A stretch of DNA of 55,933 nt from an uncultured Gammaproteobacteria bacterium (GTDB taxonomy: Bacteria > Patescibacteriota > Microgenomatia > UBA8517). Shown one piece after another: positions 18,018-27,888 of the stretch (position 1 is its first letter; every line of letters starts with the position of its first letter). A program made the position numbers and the translations under genes. The stretch lies in assembly GCA_964494885.1 (NCBI GenBank), contig CAZBTH010000006.1:1-55933 (forward strand), given 5' to 3'. Under the pieces are notes generated by a model. It had not been told where the DNA came from and searched no databases. It was given only the letters and a program-made list of their open reading frames with translations.

Positions 18018-18626
18018 TTATCTTCTCTTTTCTGTCCAGATATTTTTCCACCAATCGGTCGGGTTTTGTTTTAAAATTTCATTGGCCAGTTTTTTTCCGG
18101 ACTTTGTTTTCAAAAGCTGGAACTGCTTGTTTCCCTTTTCGTTTCTTTTTCCCCCAAGCCAAATTTCAGCTTCCTTATTTCCCATTACAACATACTCTTT
18201 AAGAAGTAAAATTTGATCGATCAAATCGGCATCTTTCGCAACCAACGCTTCTTTGGTTTTTCTCCCTTCGTATTCTTTTAGAATCTCGGACAATTCTCTA
18301 TCTATTGGTAAATCGTTGACTTGATCTGCCGCAATTTCTTTTTCGAATACCTTTATATATCTTTTGTGAACCCAGCTTTGGTCGCCGCTTCTGGCTTCGG
18401 ATATATCATGGGCAAGACACATTTTAATAGCCTTTTCGACATTTGCTTTTTCTTCTTTTGCGAGAATCCATCCAATCCAGGTCACACGGTAGGAATGAGA
18501 CGCTATATTGTCGCTAAGGTCATCTGTTAGGAGTGTTTGCCTGTGAGCCCTGGCAATTTTTCGCATAGTGCCGACTTCATATAGAAAAGAAGCGGCTTTT
18601 TTTAATTGAGACTTTTTTGAAGACAT
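18018..18626 (-). CDS. HD-domain hydrolase (YfbR/HDDC2-like 5'-deoxynucleotidase)
   Basis: IASHSYRV, AHDISEARSGD, KDADLID motifs. Confidence 0.85.
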   Translation of the reverse strand: MSSKKSQLKKAASFLYEVGTMRKIARAHRQTLLTDDLSDNIASHSYRVTWIGWILAKEEKANVEKAIKMCLAHDISEARSGDQSWVHKRYIKVFEKEIAADQVNDLPIDRELSEILKEYEGRKTKEALVAKDADLIDQILLLKEYVVMGNKEAEIWLGGKRNEKGNKQFQLLKTKSGKKLANEILKQNPTDWWKNIWTEKRR

Positions 18627-18673
18627 CGGAAGTTAACTAATATCACTAAGTTGAAAATGATTCAAGAGAAAGA

Positions 18674-19138
18674 TTAAAGTTGCGCGTAAAGTTTCATCGC
18701 TCCCAGTTTCAGGTCGGAAACAGTGCCAGAAGATTCGATGAGCTTAGTAACTCGTACGAGATCGTCCATTACGATAATATTATCTTTGTCAATTCCTTGG
18801 CCAATATTGTATTTAGCTCTGGCCATTAAAACCATGGCTTTTGCCATTGGGGCGTCAAACTCTTCATTTAAATCAAATGCGGCAATAATATTCTCTGGAA
18901 TATGACCCCTCGGTTCTTCAGGAAACAACTTTGTAACGAGTATTTTTCCGTATCCTTTCAGGACAATTGATGCTAATCCAATTCCTCCCCAGTTGTCAGT
19001 TTTCACAAATTTGCCGACTGCCGTTATTGGATCGCTTTGAGTTAAAGATGCGTAAAATTCAACAAATCCTTCCGGCAGACTCCGACCATATACACCAACA
19101 GCTGTTTTTGTAATTGCATCTAAGCGAACTCTTTCCAT
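18674..19138 (-). CDS. hypothetical protein
   Basis: ORF preceded by TTGAAA/TTGACT...TACAAT promoter elements. Confidence 0.65.
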   Translation of the reverse strand: MERVRLDAITKTAVGVYGRSLPEGFVEFYASLTQSDPITAVGKFVKTDNWGGIGLASIVLKGYGKILVTKLFPEEPRGHIPENIIAAFDLNEEFDAPMAKAMVLMARAKYNIGQGIDKDNIIVMDDLVRVTKLIESSGTVSDLKLGAMKLYAQL

Positions 19139-19257
19139 GGCGGAATTGTAATCCCAAAGAGCTTTCAAGTCAACTATAGGGCAATTGATACCGATCTTTT
19201 GTTATTTCTCTTTTGTGGGTTTATGTACTATTGTACTAGTACGATAGTACACTTAAT

Positions 19258-20058
19258 CTATTTGTTTTTGGCTTCTCGTACCAGCCAAATCTTTATCCGT
19301 TCTTGTTCATCGCGAAGTATTCTGGCGAACCTTTCTGGTACTTGGGGGGTGATTGTGTTTATTGCGGCGTCGCATCTTTTTGCCCCGAATTTACTTTCGT
19401 AGTAATACGGCAAACTCCCCATAAAAGCGTTTAAAACTTCTTGTGAATCTCTATGGTCAAGCAACCACTGTAAACCACTGTCAAAATCTTGGTTGAATAC
19501 TCCGCCCAATACTAAACCAGCATAACTCGTTCCGTAAGTTTTCAGGATTTGATTCCAAAAAGAAAGCGGTTCTTTCGTTTCGAATCCTACGAACATCTGT
19601 AAAGCCCGCATATGCAGTGAAACAGTATTTTCTGGTGTTAGTTGGGTGACTATGGAGCGTGTACTGTCATTTGCGATAATTTTTTTAAGATTTTCGAGTA
19701 TCTGTGGCCGGGCCTCGGAATCGGATCCAAAAACCTCGTGAAGAATAAGCAACAGTTCATCGGCGGAGTTGGGGCTCATTGAGTTTTTAGGATCTGCTAC
19801 AGCCGAGTCTAATAAAGCCAGCGTTGCCTGTTGAAATGCTTTTTGAGAAACTGGTGGCAGTTTTTTATAAACCCATTCTAGATAAAAAGACGGACAATCG
19901 AATTCACGGCTGAGAGACATCCCTTCATCGCCAAAGTCCAAAGTTTGCCTAATTCTTTTTTGCAGTTTATCTTTGTCGGACGAAAAGTGATGGACAATTT
20001 CTTGTATTTCCCTGGTTCTATCCGGCAGTTTGCAGATGACTTGTTCAGGTTCCTTCAT
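19258..20058 (-). CDS. hypothetical protein (helical)
   Basis: 266-aa ORF. Confidence 0.7.
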   Translation of the reverse strand: MKEPEQVICKLPDRTREIQEIVHHFSSDKDKLQKRIRQTLDFGDEGMSLSREFDCPSFYLEWVYKKLPPVSQKAFQQATLALLDSAVADPKNSMSPNSADELLLILHEVFGSDSEARPQILENLKKIIANDSTRSIVTQLTPENTVSLHMRALQMFVGFETKEPLSFWNQILKTYGTSYAGLVLGGVFNQDFDSGLQWLLDHRDSQEVLNAFMGSLPYYYESKFGAKRCDAAINTITPQVPERFARILRDEQERIKIWLVREAKNK

Positions 20059-20134
20059 AATTATGTATGGCGATTATAACAGCATTCAAGAAAACCTCGC
20101 AACTTGTTGCGAGGATGAATTGAACGCCGATATG

Positions 20135-21352
20135 TCATCCTCCCTTGGGGGGAACCTCGCTTTTAAATGCGAGGAGGATGTCATAATACTTTTTCCCCTG
20201 GAGTTTCTCGGGAAGCAAGGACTCTTTTGTATATTTGTCATATCCACCTCCATATCCAACACCCTTCATTAATTTTGTAACTGGGTTTCTGATCTTTAAA
20301 GGAACCGGAAGATTTCCAAATTGGTTTACATCATTTAATGCTTCCATATAGGCGGTGTAAGCAGAGCGATCTTTTTTGGTAGTTGATAAGTACACCGCAC
20401 CTGCTGCTAGATTTTCCTGACATTCAGGATATCCCACAGTTTCACAAGCCCGAAAGACTGCGTTGGCTACAACTAAAGCGGTTGGGCTAGCAACGTCCTC
20501 CGACGCAAAAACTACCATCCGTCTTGCAATATAAAGTGGATCTTGCCCGGCTGCCACCATCCTGGCAAGATAGTAAAGCGCTGCGTCAGTATCGCTTGCG
20601 CGCATCGACTTAATGAAAGCGGAAATAACATCGTAAAATTGATCGCCGTTTTTATCAAAGGTATATTGGCGTCTTTGAAGGGCGGTTTCAATATCTGAGA
20701 GTGAAAGAGTATAAGAGCGTGAGAGCTGGGACGCAATTTCCAAAACATTGAGCATTACTCGCGCGTCCCCATTTGAAGCTTCGAGCAAAAATTTTTCCGC
20801 TTCCTTATCAATTTTTTTCTTGAGATGTTTCAAAGCTCTATTCTCTATACTCTTCAATTCCTTTTCTTTTAGTTGTTCTAGTATTAAGACTCGACAACGG
20901 GATAAAAGCGGCCCTATCACTTCAAATGACGGGTTTTCAGTTGTAGCACCAATCAAAACTATGTCACCGCGTTCAACGTGAGGAAGAAGTTTATCCTGCT
21001 GAGCTTTGTTAAATCTGTGAATTTCATCGACGAAGATAATCGGCGATGCCCCTCGAAGGGCCGGCGTTGTGGGGCTAGCTATTTTGACAATTTCCTTTGC
21101 AGAAGTATTAACCGCGGAGAATTCATAAAAATCTCTTTTTAAAGTGTTAGCAATAATTCTGGCCAGTGTTGTTTTGCCAGTTCCGGGCGGTCCCCAGAAT
21201 ATTAGCGATGGAAATCCAACTTCGCTCTTCGAGCTTCGCTGGGCGAGAAAAAGCTTTGAAATTATCCCGTTTGTCCCAACCAGATTTTCTTGACCGACGA
21301 AATCTTTCAGGGTGGCGGGCCTTAGTAATTCTGGAAGAGGTATGTTTCCCAT
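20135..21352 (-). CDS. rarA: replication-associated recombination protein A (MgsA/RarA AAA+ ATPase)
   Basis: WGPPGTGKTT, DEIHRFNKAQQD, GATTENPSFEV, SAFIKSMR, ASED motifs. Confidence 0.93.
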   Translation of the reverse strand: MGNIPLPELLRPATLKDFVGQENLVGTNGIISKLFLAQRSSKSEVGFPSLIFWGPPGTGKTTLARIIANTLKRDFYEFSAVNTSAKEIVKIASPTTPALRGASPIIFVDEIHRFNKAQQDKLLPHVERGDIVLIGATTENPSFEVIGPLLSRCRVLILEQLKEKELKSIENRALKHLKKKIDKEAEKFLLEASNGDARVMLNVLEIASQLSRSYTLSLSDIETALQRRQYTFDKNGDQFYDVISAFIKSMRASDTDAALYYLARMVAAGQDPLYIARRMVVFASEDVASPTALVVANAVFRACETVGYPECQENLAAGAVYLSTTKKDRSAYTAYMEALNDVNQFGNLPVPLKIRNPVTKLMKGVGYGGGYDKYTKESLLPEKLQGKKYYDILLAFKSEVPPKGG

Positions 21353-21501
21353 TGTTTTATTTTCTATTTTCAATTATTGATTATATATCCATACCATATA
21401 AAACCCAAATAGCGTTAACTGTCACTATATTGATATATATCAATATAGTGTAGAGTTTGACAACTTCGTATTTTGATTCGAATTGGCTATATAATATTGG
21501 T

Positions 21502-22425
21502 ATGAATGGAATTAAAAAAGGGATGGACTCGTTTAAGGAAATAATATTTAATCTCAAACGGATGCTCACCCTTTCCTGGCAAACCGACAAGTTTTTGACT
21601 TTGGGTTATTACGGATCTTCCGGACTCGCCGCCATATTACCCATAATCGCGAGTTATATATTTAAACTGTTTATCGATAATACAATTGTCAATTTGGGGA
21701 TTAAACCAACAGTTCCTTTGATTTTAGTGGCAATTCTGGCTGCCAGATATATTTCCAGTTGGATATGGGACGTGGTTTCTTGGGTATTTAAAGAAACTTA
21801 TTTTGATTATTTGGTGCGATACAAATTGCAAAACAAATTTAATAATCTTTTTTGCGACAAGATCTCCCACCTGGACATCCAACATTTGGAAAATTCAGAA
21901 ACCCAAGATCTTATCAATAAAGCAAAAGACACAATGACTTGGAGGCCTCCCGATTTTTTGAGGGCTTTTTCGTATCTTTTTACAAATCTTGTGGCGCTCA
22001 TTTCTTCCTTCTTGCTTTTGGGTCAATACAATTGGTATTTACCCTTTATTATTCTTCTATTTGGTTTGCCACGCCTTTACCTAAGAGCCAAAATGGGAGC
22101 AATCCAGTGGTCGGTTTGGGGAAGCAGTACTCCGGAATCTCGGAAAATGTGGTACCTGCAGTCCCTTCTAACCCAGAAAAATGCAATTATTGAATCAAAA
22201 ATTTTTCAATCTACAGACTCTTTAATTAAGAAAAGTATAGATATTCAAACCGATCTTTATGAAAAGAATAAAAAACCTGTCCAGAGTTTTATTAAAGTCG
22301 GTTCCATACCGCAGTTTTTTGAAATGTTTGTTGTATTTGGTTTTGCATTGGCCCGTTTACCGTTGGTACTAAACGGACAAATGTCCGTCGGAGATTTTTC
22401 ATTTTTTTATAGACATGTTGGATAG
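21502..22425 (+). CDS. ABC transporter, transmembrane half (frameshifted from the following NBD)
   Basis: Multiple TM helices of exporter type; T7 run at 22402..22408 shifts the frame. Confidence 0.8.
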   Translation: MNGIKKGMDSFKEIIFNLKRMLTLSWQTDKFLTLGYYGSSGLAAILPIIASYIFKLFIDNTIVNLGIKPTVPLILVAILAARYISSWIWDVVSWVFKETYFDYLVRYKLQNKFNNLFCDKISHLDIQHLENSETQDLINKAKDTMTWRPPDFLRAFSYLFTNLVALISSFLLLGQYNWYLPFIILLFGLPRLYLRAKMGAIQWSVWGSSTPESRKMWYLQSLLTQKNAIIESKIFQSTDSLIKKSIDIQTDLYEKNKKPVQSFIKVGSIPQFFEMFVVFGFALARLPLVLNGQMSVGDFSFFYRHVG

Positions 22426-23323
22426 GGTCTTAAATTCAGTAGCGGGGACAGTGGGGAACTTGGGGTGGATGTATGAAAATAATTTATATGTAAATCACTT
22501 TTTTGAAGTAATGAATTTGCCCAAAGTCGTTCATGAATCGGCTAATCCAATTGCGATCAACCCATTGGTCAATCCACCGGAAATTGAATTTAAAAATGTC
22601 TCTTTCGCATACCCAAATTCTAAAAAGAGAGTTTTGAAGAATTTAAACTTTAAAATTAAATCGGGAGAAAATGTTGCTCTGGTTGGGAAAAACGGTGCCG
22701 GTAAAACTACAATAGTGAAACTTTTGTGCAGATTTTACGATGTAACCGGGGGAGAAATACTTATTAACGGGATCAATATAAAAGATGTAGATTTAAAAGA
22801 CTGGTATCGGTATTTAGGTACGCTTTTCCAGGAATTTATTAAATATGATTTTACAGTTAAGGAAAACATTACTTTAGGAAAAACTGAAAATTTCGATCAG
22901 GAAAAAATGATTTTTGCTGCCAAGCAAAGCGGGGCAGATAAATTTATAAATGAACTTCCCAAGAAATATGATCAGATATTAGGCAAACAATTTGAGGGGG
23001 GTAAAGAACTTTCCATTGGGCAATGGCAAAAAATAGCAATTGCCAGGGCTTTTTACGAAGGGGATCCGATTTTAATTTTGGATGAACCAACCAGTGCAAT
23101 AGACGCAGAAACTGAATATTCGATTTTTAAAAACCTTGACAGGGAATATAAAAATAAAAGTTTACTTTTGATTTCCCACAGGTTTTCTACAGTCAGAAAT
23201 GCCGACAGAATATTGGTAATCGATAATGGAGAAATAATTGAAGAAGGAACCCATGAAAAATTGATTGCCAAAAAAGGAGAATATTCCACAATGTTTAACA
23301 AACAGGCGATAGGGTACAAGTAA
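22415..23323 (+). CDS. ABC transporter ATP-binding half (same gene as the previous ORF if one T is removed)
   Basis: GKNGAGKT, LSIGQWQK, ILDEPT, SHR motifs. Confidence 0.88.
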   Translation: MLDRVLNSVAGTVGNLGWMYENNLYVNHFFEVMNLPKVVHESANPIAINPLVNPPEIEFKNVSFAYPNSKKRVLKNLNFKIKSGENVALVGKNGAGKTTIVKLLCRFYDVTGGEILINGINIKDVDLKDWYRYLGTLFQEFIKYDFTVKENITLGKTENFDQEKMIFAAKQSGADKFINELPKKYDQILGKQFEGGKELSIGQWQKIAIARAFYEGDPILILDEPTSAIDAETEYSIFKNLDREYKNKSLLLISHRFSTVRNADRILVIDNGEIIEEGTHEKLIAKKGEYSTMFNKQAIGYK

Positions 23324-23325
23324 AT

Positions 23326-23718
23326 CTATATAGCGATTGGACAACCTTGAATACTAGCCTCGCCGTATCTTGCAGACCTGGTCAAGCCTTCACGAAGGTC
23401 GGAATATTCCTTTCTCATTTGCGGGTCGCTTTCGTGTCCTTCTATTTTTGCCATAAGCTCCTTCCATCTTTCGCGATTGTCTAGGGGTCTGGTCTTAAGT
23501 ATGCAATATTCGGCATACAGTTTCATTCGATCTGCCTTATCGGGGTCGTCTGCCCGGTAATAATCACCCAGAAGTGTAAAATATTCGGACGCAATCTTGC
23601 CGGGAAGAAAATGTCTTTTATCTTCTTCTCTTGCTGGACCACTGAAATATTGTTTTGCGTTATGATAGACTGCTTCGAGTCTCCCTTCATAATCTGCTTC
23701 AGGTTTTGTTTCACTCAT
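23326..23718 (-). CDS. hypothetical protein
   Basis: ORF starting MSETKPE. Confidence 0.6.
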   Translation of the reverse strand: MSETKPEADYEGRLEAVYHNAKQYFSGPAREEDKRHFLPGKIASEYFTLLGDYYRADDPDKADRMKLYAEYCILKTRPLDNRERWKELMAKIEGHESDPQMRKEYSDLREGLTRSARYGEASIQGCPIAI

Positions 23719-23759
23719 TTGGATATATTTATACCAGTTTTTGATAATATAATCAAAGA

Positions 23760-24404
23760 ATGTTTGGAACAAAAATTTTGGAAGAGCGAAAATCTAAATT
23801 TAATGGGGATGTCCGTGTGGTTAAAACTTTTGGAATGGGAATTTATATCACTTCTCAAGGTCTTACACAGTCAGGAGGAATAGTCGAAGACATGTGGAGA
23901 TCGACCTTGAGAAAAATCAAAAATCAAAAATCAAAAATCAAAAGTTGTTTGGTACTGGGACTGGGAGGGGGGACTGTGGCGAAATTAGTTAGAAAAAACT
24001 GGCCGGAAACAAAAATAACCGGTGTGGACATAGACCCCTTAATGATTGAGCTAGGTAAAAAGTATTTAAATTTAGATAAATACGAAGTTAATACAATCGT
24101 AGCAGATGCCTCAAATTTGTCCAATCTGCCGAATCTGTCAAATTGGCCAAAAGCCAAATTCGATTTGGTAATTATAGATTTATATCAAGGTGACCAGTTC
24201 CCTAAGAAGTTTGAAAATTCTTCCTTTTTAGCCTCTGTAAGGCGAGGCCTTGCGGAAGTTGGAGGGATTGCGGTGTTTAACAGACTTTATTACAAAGAGA
24301 AAAAGGTGGACGCAGAGGAGTTTGGGAAAAAACTTAAAAAAGTCTTTAAAAATGTTGAGTCCTTCCGACCCGTTTCTAACATAATGTACTTATGCAACAA
24401 TTAA
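23760..24404 (+). CDS. SAM-dependent methyltransferase, spermidine-synthase-like
   Basis: LVLGLGGG, GVDIDP, DLVIIDLY motifs. Confidence 0.82.
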   Translation: MFGTKILEERKSKFNGDVRVVKTFGMGIYITSQGLTQSGGIVEDMWRSTLRKIKNQKSKIKSCLVLGLGGGTVAKLVRKNWPETKITGVDIDPLMIELGKKYLNLDKYEVNTIVADASNLSNLPNLSNWPKAKFDLVIIDLYQGDQFPKKFENSSFLASVRRGLAEVGGIAVFNRLYYKEKKVDAEEFGKKLKKVFKNVESFRPVSNIMYLCNN

Positions 24405-25840
24405 TACTTGGCCCGGCGCTGTTTTATGATTTGCCTGAATATTTGAATATTGTTTCAAGCCACCCATTTTTCCAGGTCTTTTCGCTTGGCCATTTTCCTA
24501 TCCACCCGGTGTTTGTGGCCATTTTGTGGCTTTTGACAAGGGGCCCCCTTGTCAAAGCTCCTATTCCTATCAATGTGATAGCGATGGTTTTTGGAATAAT
24601 TTCAATTTTTGTATTTAATAAAATATCAAAATTAATTTTCAAAAACGGACACTTTTGGTTGGCAACTATTATTTTTACGCTCTTTCCGGCAGTTTGGTTA
24701 ATAAATACTAATTTGATGGTTGAGTCGGTGACTTTAACCCTTTATCTTGCGGGACTTTATTTCTTTTTAACGAAAAAAGCGATGCAATTTTTTATTAGTT
24801 TATTTTTAATGACCGGAACCCACCTGCAGTCTATTTTTTGGATCCCGGCATTATTTCTTGCTCCCTATATTTTTGAGGTAAATTTCAAAAAGGAGGATGT
24901 TATCAAATTTATAAAAATCGCTTTGGCCGGAATATCAATGTCCATTGTTTTTTACATTCTCTTATATTATTGTTCCGGCAGAATTCCGGGGGGTACAACT
25001 GAGCAACTCTCAACATATTTATCTTCGGGAATATTACGAATGATTAGAAACATTTGGCTTTCTTTTATCCGTAATTTTGGGACGCTTACACCATTTGTTT
25101 TGGCTTTAGTTTTGATCAGAAAAATTAAGTCGAAAAAGGTATTAATAGCCTGGATAATGTTTCTGGTTCTAGTCGCGACAATAGGCGCCAACTGGCAAGG
25201 GGACTTTATGGGTAGGAGAATTATTTTTTCGGGGGTAATTTTAGCACTTGGTCTTTATAAATATTTACAGAAATGGTCCGTCTTTTTCATTTTGTATTTA
25301 TTACCGATCGTCGCAGCAAATGTGATTTTGTATTCAAACTCCAGTCCGTTCATAACTCCAAATATCCCCAAAGGTCAGGTGTTAATTGAAACGCACTACC
25401 TGAAACCTTTTACAAAATATAACGGAACAATTCTTTGGATTGGCGAAAGTGACCTTGGTGTTATCGACAATTATTTAAAAAATGGAACAAGAGTATTTTT
25501 AACCGAACAAGCTATCACGGCTCCATATTTACTCTTAGTCGGACAAAATTACCATATCACTTCACTGGGGAGGGTTGGTGATTCGGAATCAAGATTTCTG
25601 TTCAAAAATTACACAGTTGAACAGTATAACGATAGCTTCGAGTTAAAAATGTTCAATGGAGTAGTTTCCGGTGAGGCGGGGAGTCCGGTAATTTACTACG
25701 ATCAAAGCTTTTGGGGGAGACTCGCGCGCCGAAGAATCGACTACGGAGATATTGGAACTTGGCTTTGGGCAATCACGGTAAACCACCGCGACCCGATCGG
25801 CTGGATTTACAAAGACGCGAGAGGTATGGTTGCCTATTGA
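24392..25840 (+). CDS. polytopic membrane protein, GT-C glycosyltransferase-like
   Basis: About 10 TM helices, D..EY loop, HP motif, C-terminal soluble domain. Confidence 0.6.
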   Translation: MQQLILGPALFYDLPEYLNIVSSHPFFQVFSLGHFPIHPVFVAILWLLTRGPLVKAPIPINVIAMVFGIISIFVFNKISKLIFKNGHFWLATIIFTLFPAVWLINTNLMVESVTLTLYLAGLYFFLTKKAMQFFISLFLMTGTHLQSIFWIPALFLAPYIFEVNFKKEDVIKFIKIALAGISMSIVFYILLYYCSGRIPGGTTEQLSTYLSSGILRMIRNIWLSFIRNFGTLTPFVLALVLIRKIKSKKVLIAWIMFLVLVATIGANWQGDFMGRRIIFSGVILALGLYKYLQKWSVFFILYLLPIVAANVILYSNSSPFITPNIPKGQVLIETHYLKPFTKYNGTILWIGESDLGVIDNYLKNGTRVFLTEQAITAPYLLLVGQNYHITSLGRVGDSESRFLFKNYTVEQYNDSFELKMFNGVVSGEAGSPVIYYDQSFWGRLARRRIDYGDIGTWLWAITVNHRDPIGWIYKDARGMVAY

Positions 25841-25853
25841 CAACATATACTAG

Positions 25854-25874
25854 TTAGTGTATATACTACAATTA
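25854..25874 (+). promoter_or_regulatory. putative NrtR operator overlapping the nrtR promoter
   Basis: TTAGTGT-ATATACT-ACAATTA downstream of TTGACA (25837). Confidence 0.7.
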
Positions 25875-25876
25875 GT

Positions 25877-26533
25877 ATGAAGGATTCAAAAACATTTGCA
25901 GTATTAGCCACAGACGTTGCGGTTTTGACTATCGACGAAGGTGTTCTTAAGGTTCTTTTAACCCAAGCGACATCAAAAAACTTTAAGGGAATGTTAACCT
26001 TGCCCGGAGGTTTAGTCGGCCATGAAGAACGGACGGAAGAAGCCGTCGTAAGGATTCTGGAAGAAATAATGACCAAGACGGATTATTACAATGAGCAACT
26101 TTATACGTTTGACGATCCGGGTAGGGACCCCGAAGGTAGGGTGGTAACGGTTGCTTACTTGATGTTGGTTTCGGGGGATGAGGCTAAAAGAATAACTAGA
26201 AAGGACGCTTCGTGGCACGCTGTGAAAACTTTGCCAAAACTGGCCTACGATCATAACGAGGTCGTAAAGACCGCCGCAAAAAGGCTAGCAGGGAAATTGA
26301 CCTACACAAATATTGTTTATGCCCTAATGCCATTAGAATTTACCCTGTCCGACTTGCAAAAAACTTATGAAACCGCACTGGAACTCTCTTTGGATAAAAG
26401 GAACTTTATTAAAAAAATAAAAAGCTTGAATCTTATCGAAAAGACTACCCATAAGGTTGAGGGTAGTGCACACCGCCCGGCAACCCTTTACAGGTTCAGG
26501 GAGCGAAAATATAAGAGGGTTGACTTATTTTGA
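25877..26533 (+). CDS. nrtR: NrtR-family transcriptional regulator (degenerate NUDIX + wHTH)
   Basis: LPGG, EQLYTF..P.RDP.GRVV.VAY, LAYDH, FTLSDLQ..YE, DKRNF, HRPA.LYRF motifs. Confidence 0.9.
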   Translation: MKDSKTFAVLATDVAVLTIDEGVLKVLLTQATSKNFKGMLTLPGGLVGHEERTEEAVVRILEEIMTKTDYYNEQLYTFDDPGRDPEGRVVTVAYLMLVSGDEAKRITRKDASWHAVKTLPKLAYDHNEVVKTAAKRLAGKLTYTNIVYALMPLEFTLSDLQKTYETALELSLDKRNFIKKIKSLNLIEKTTHKVEGSAHRPATLYRFRERKYKRVDLF

Positions 26534-26576
26534 AAAATACCTATAATACGAAGTTGATGATTTTTGAGCACTTTAG

Positions 26577-26597
26577 TTAGTGTAAAACACACATTTT
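26577..26597 (+). promoter_or_regulatory. putative NrtR operator upstream of the vWA operon
   Basis: TTAGTGT-AAAACAC-ACATTTT; shares TAGTTAGTGTA with the other two sites. Confidence 0.65.
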
Positions 26598-26737
26598 CAG
26601 GATTGAAATGAAGGTTTTTCAGAAAAATCTTCTGACAATTTTTAATTTGTACTTTAACAAGTGAAGAGTATTAAGAAAATAGCCATGGGCGGTTGTTTTC
26701 CACATTCCATATCAAAGATTCAATAAAGGAGAATCAT

Positions 26738-27850
26738 ATGGGCGATCATAAACATACTAAACAGTTTGATGCAGGTGCATATCGGTCGACAGTTAGAGCG
26801 ATGCGTGCCGCTAACGAGGACGTATTCGCAGAGGCACAAAAGGTTCAAGATGAAACCGGCAGGCTTCACCCCAACGTTGACATTCAGGGTAAACCATCTC
26901 GGTTTAGCCACAACGCTTTGGAGCCAGGGGATGATGGCAAGTTTGTTTTGAGTCAGGGGATCTCCCTGCCGATCCTGAGTGAGTTTGATACTACGGGTAG
27001 CACGGCTCATTGGTTGGAGGACTTTTTCCACACAGCCGAGAGGCAATATATGCTCTTGGATGGGGTGCGAACTCGTTACAACCCTCAGTTGTCAACCGGG
27101 GCTGTTTGTGACACCTACAATGTTCGTCAGAGTGGAATCCCCGTTGTTCAGTGTTCGCAATTTGAATCGAACAACGAAAGCGCGAATCAGGTTCGTTTGA
27201 TCCTTCCTGCCAGTATGGGCAACGATACTTCCACCGAAGACTATCAACTTGCGCTGTACTATGCCACGCTCATCAACGCTGACTTTTGGCAACTCTACAA
27301 GTTGAAAGGTTATCTTACCTTGGCACTTGACGAAATCGGCCGTGAACCTGTCACGAGATCAGATATCAAACAATATCTTGGTCAGGAAGGCGATTTTCCG
27401 GAATTGGATGTGAAAGGAATCAGCGAAAAGCTACTCGAACACTGGCATTTCTTTATTCTCCAGGTCCCTACAGGTGGTTATGGAGGAATGCTGAAAGAAA
27501 CCACTCAATGGTGGACGCGCCGTGTTGGACAGGGTCGGGTAATTCAGGTTGAAGAACCGCGGCTTTTGGCGGATGTTCGTGCGGCATTAATCTACGCAAC
27601 AGAAGCGGTCAAACCGACTTTCAAGGGTTATACCCAATTCATGAGAGCCGGTCGCGATATCAAGCTTAATGCGGCTGATCTCAATCTGGTTTGGCGCATG
27701 ATTCAGCCGGCTGAGGAACATTTCAGCGCCCAGGCAAACTTGCCGGGTTACGATGAAATTCCGCTTCCGGGCGACAAATTTGCTCACTACCGCCACGCAT
27801 GGCCGATTGACCATCCGCGCGCGAGTGAAAACGTTACACCCGTCAAGTAA
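26738..27850 (+). CDS. divergent vWA-domain protein
   Basis: MIDAS-like FDTTGS, GN...EDYQLALYYA, KGYL....DE motifs; SD aaggag. Confidence 0.7.
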   Translation: MGDHKHTKQFDAGAYRSTVRAMRAANEDVFAEAQKVQDETGRLHPNVDIQGKPSRFSHNALEPGDDGKFVLSQGISLPILSEFDTTGSTAHWLEDFFHTAERQYMLLDGVRTRYNPQLSTGAVCDTYNVRQSGIPVVQCSQFESNNESANQVRLILPASMGNDTSTEDYQLALYYATLINADFWQLYKLKGYLTLALDEIGREPVTRSDIKQYLGQEGDFPELDVKGISEKLLEHWHFFILQVPTGGYGGMLKETTQWWTRRVGQGRVIQVEEPRLLADVRAALIYATEAVKPTFKGYTQFMRAGRDIKLNAADLNLVWRMIQPAEEHFSAQANLPGYDEIPLPGDKFAHYRHAWPIDHPRASENVTPVK

Positions 27851-27888
27851 TCCTATTTCAAAACATAAAGATATGAAGGAGAAACAAA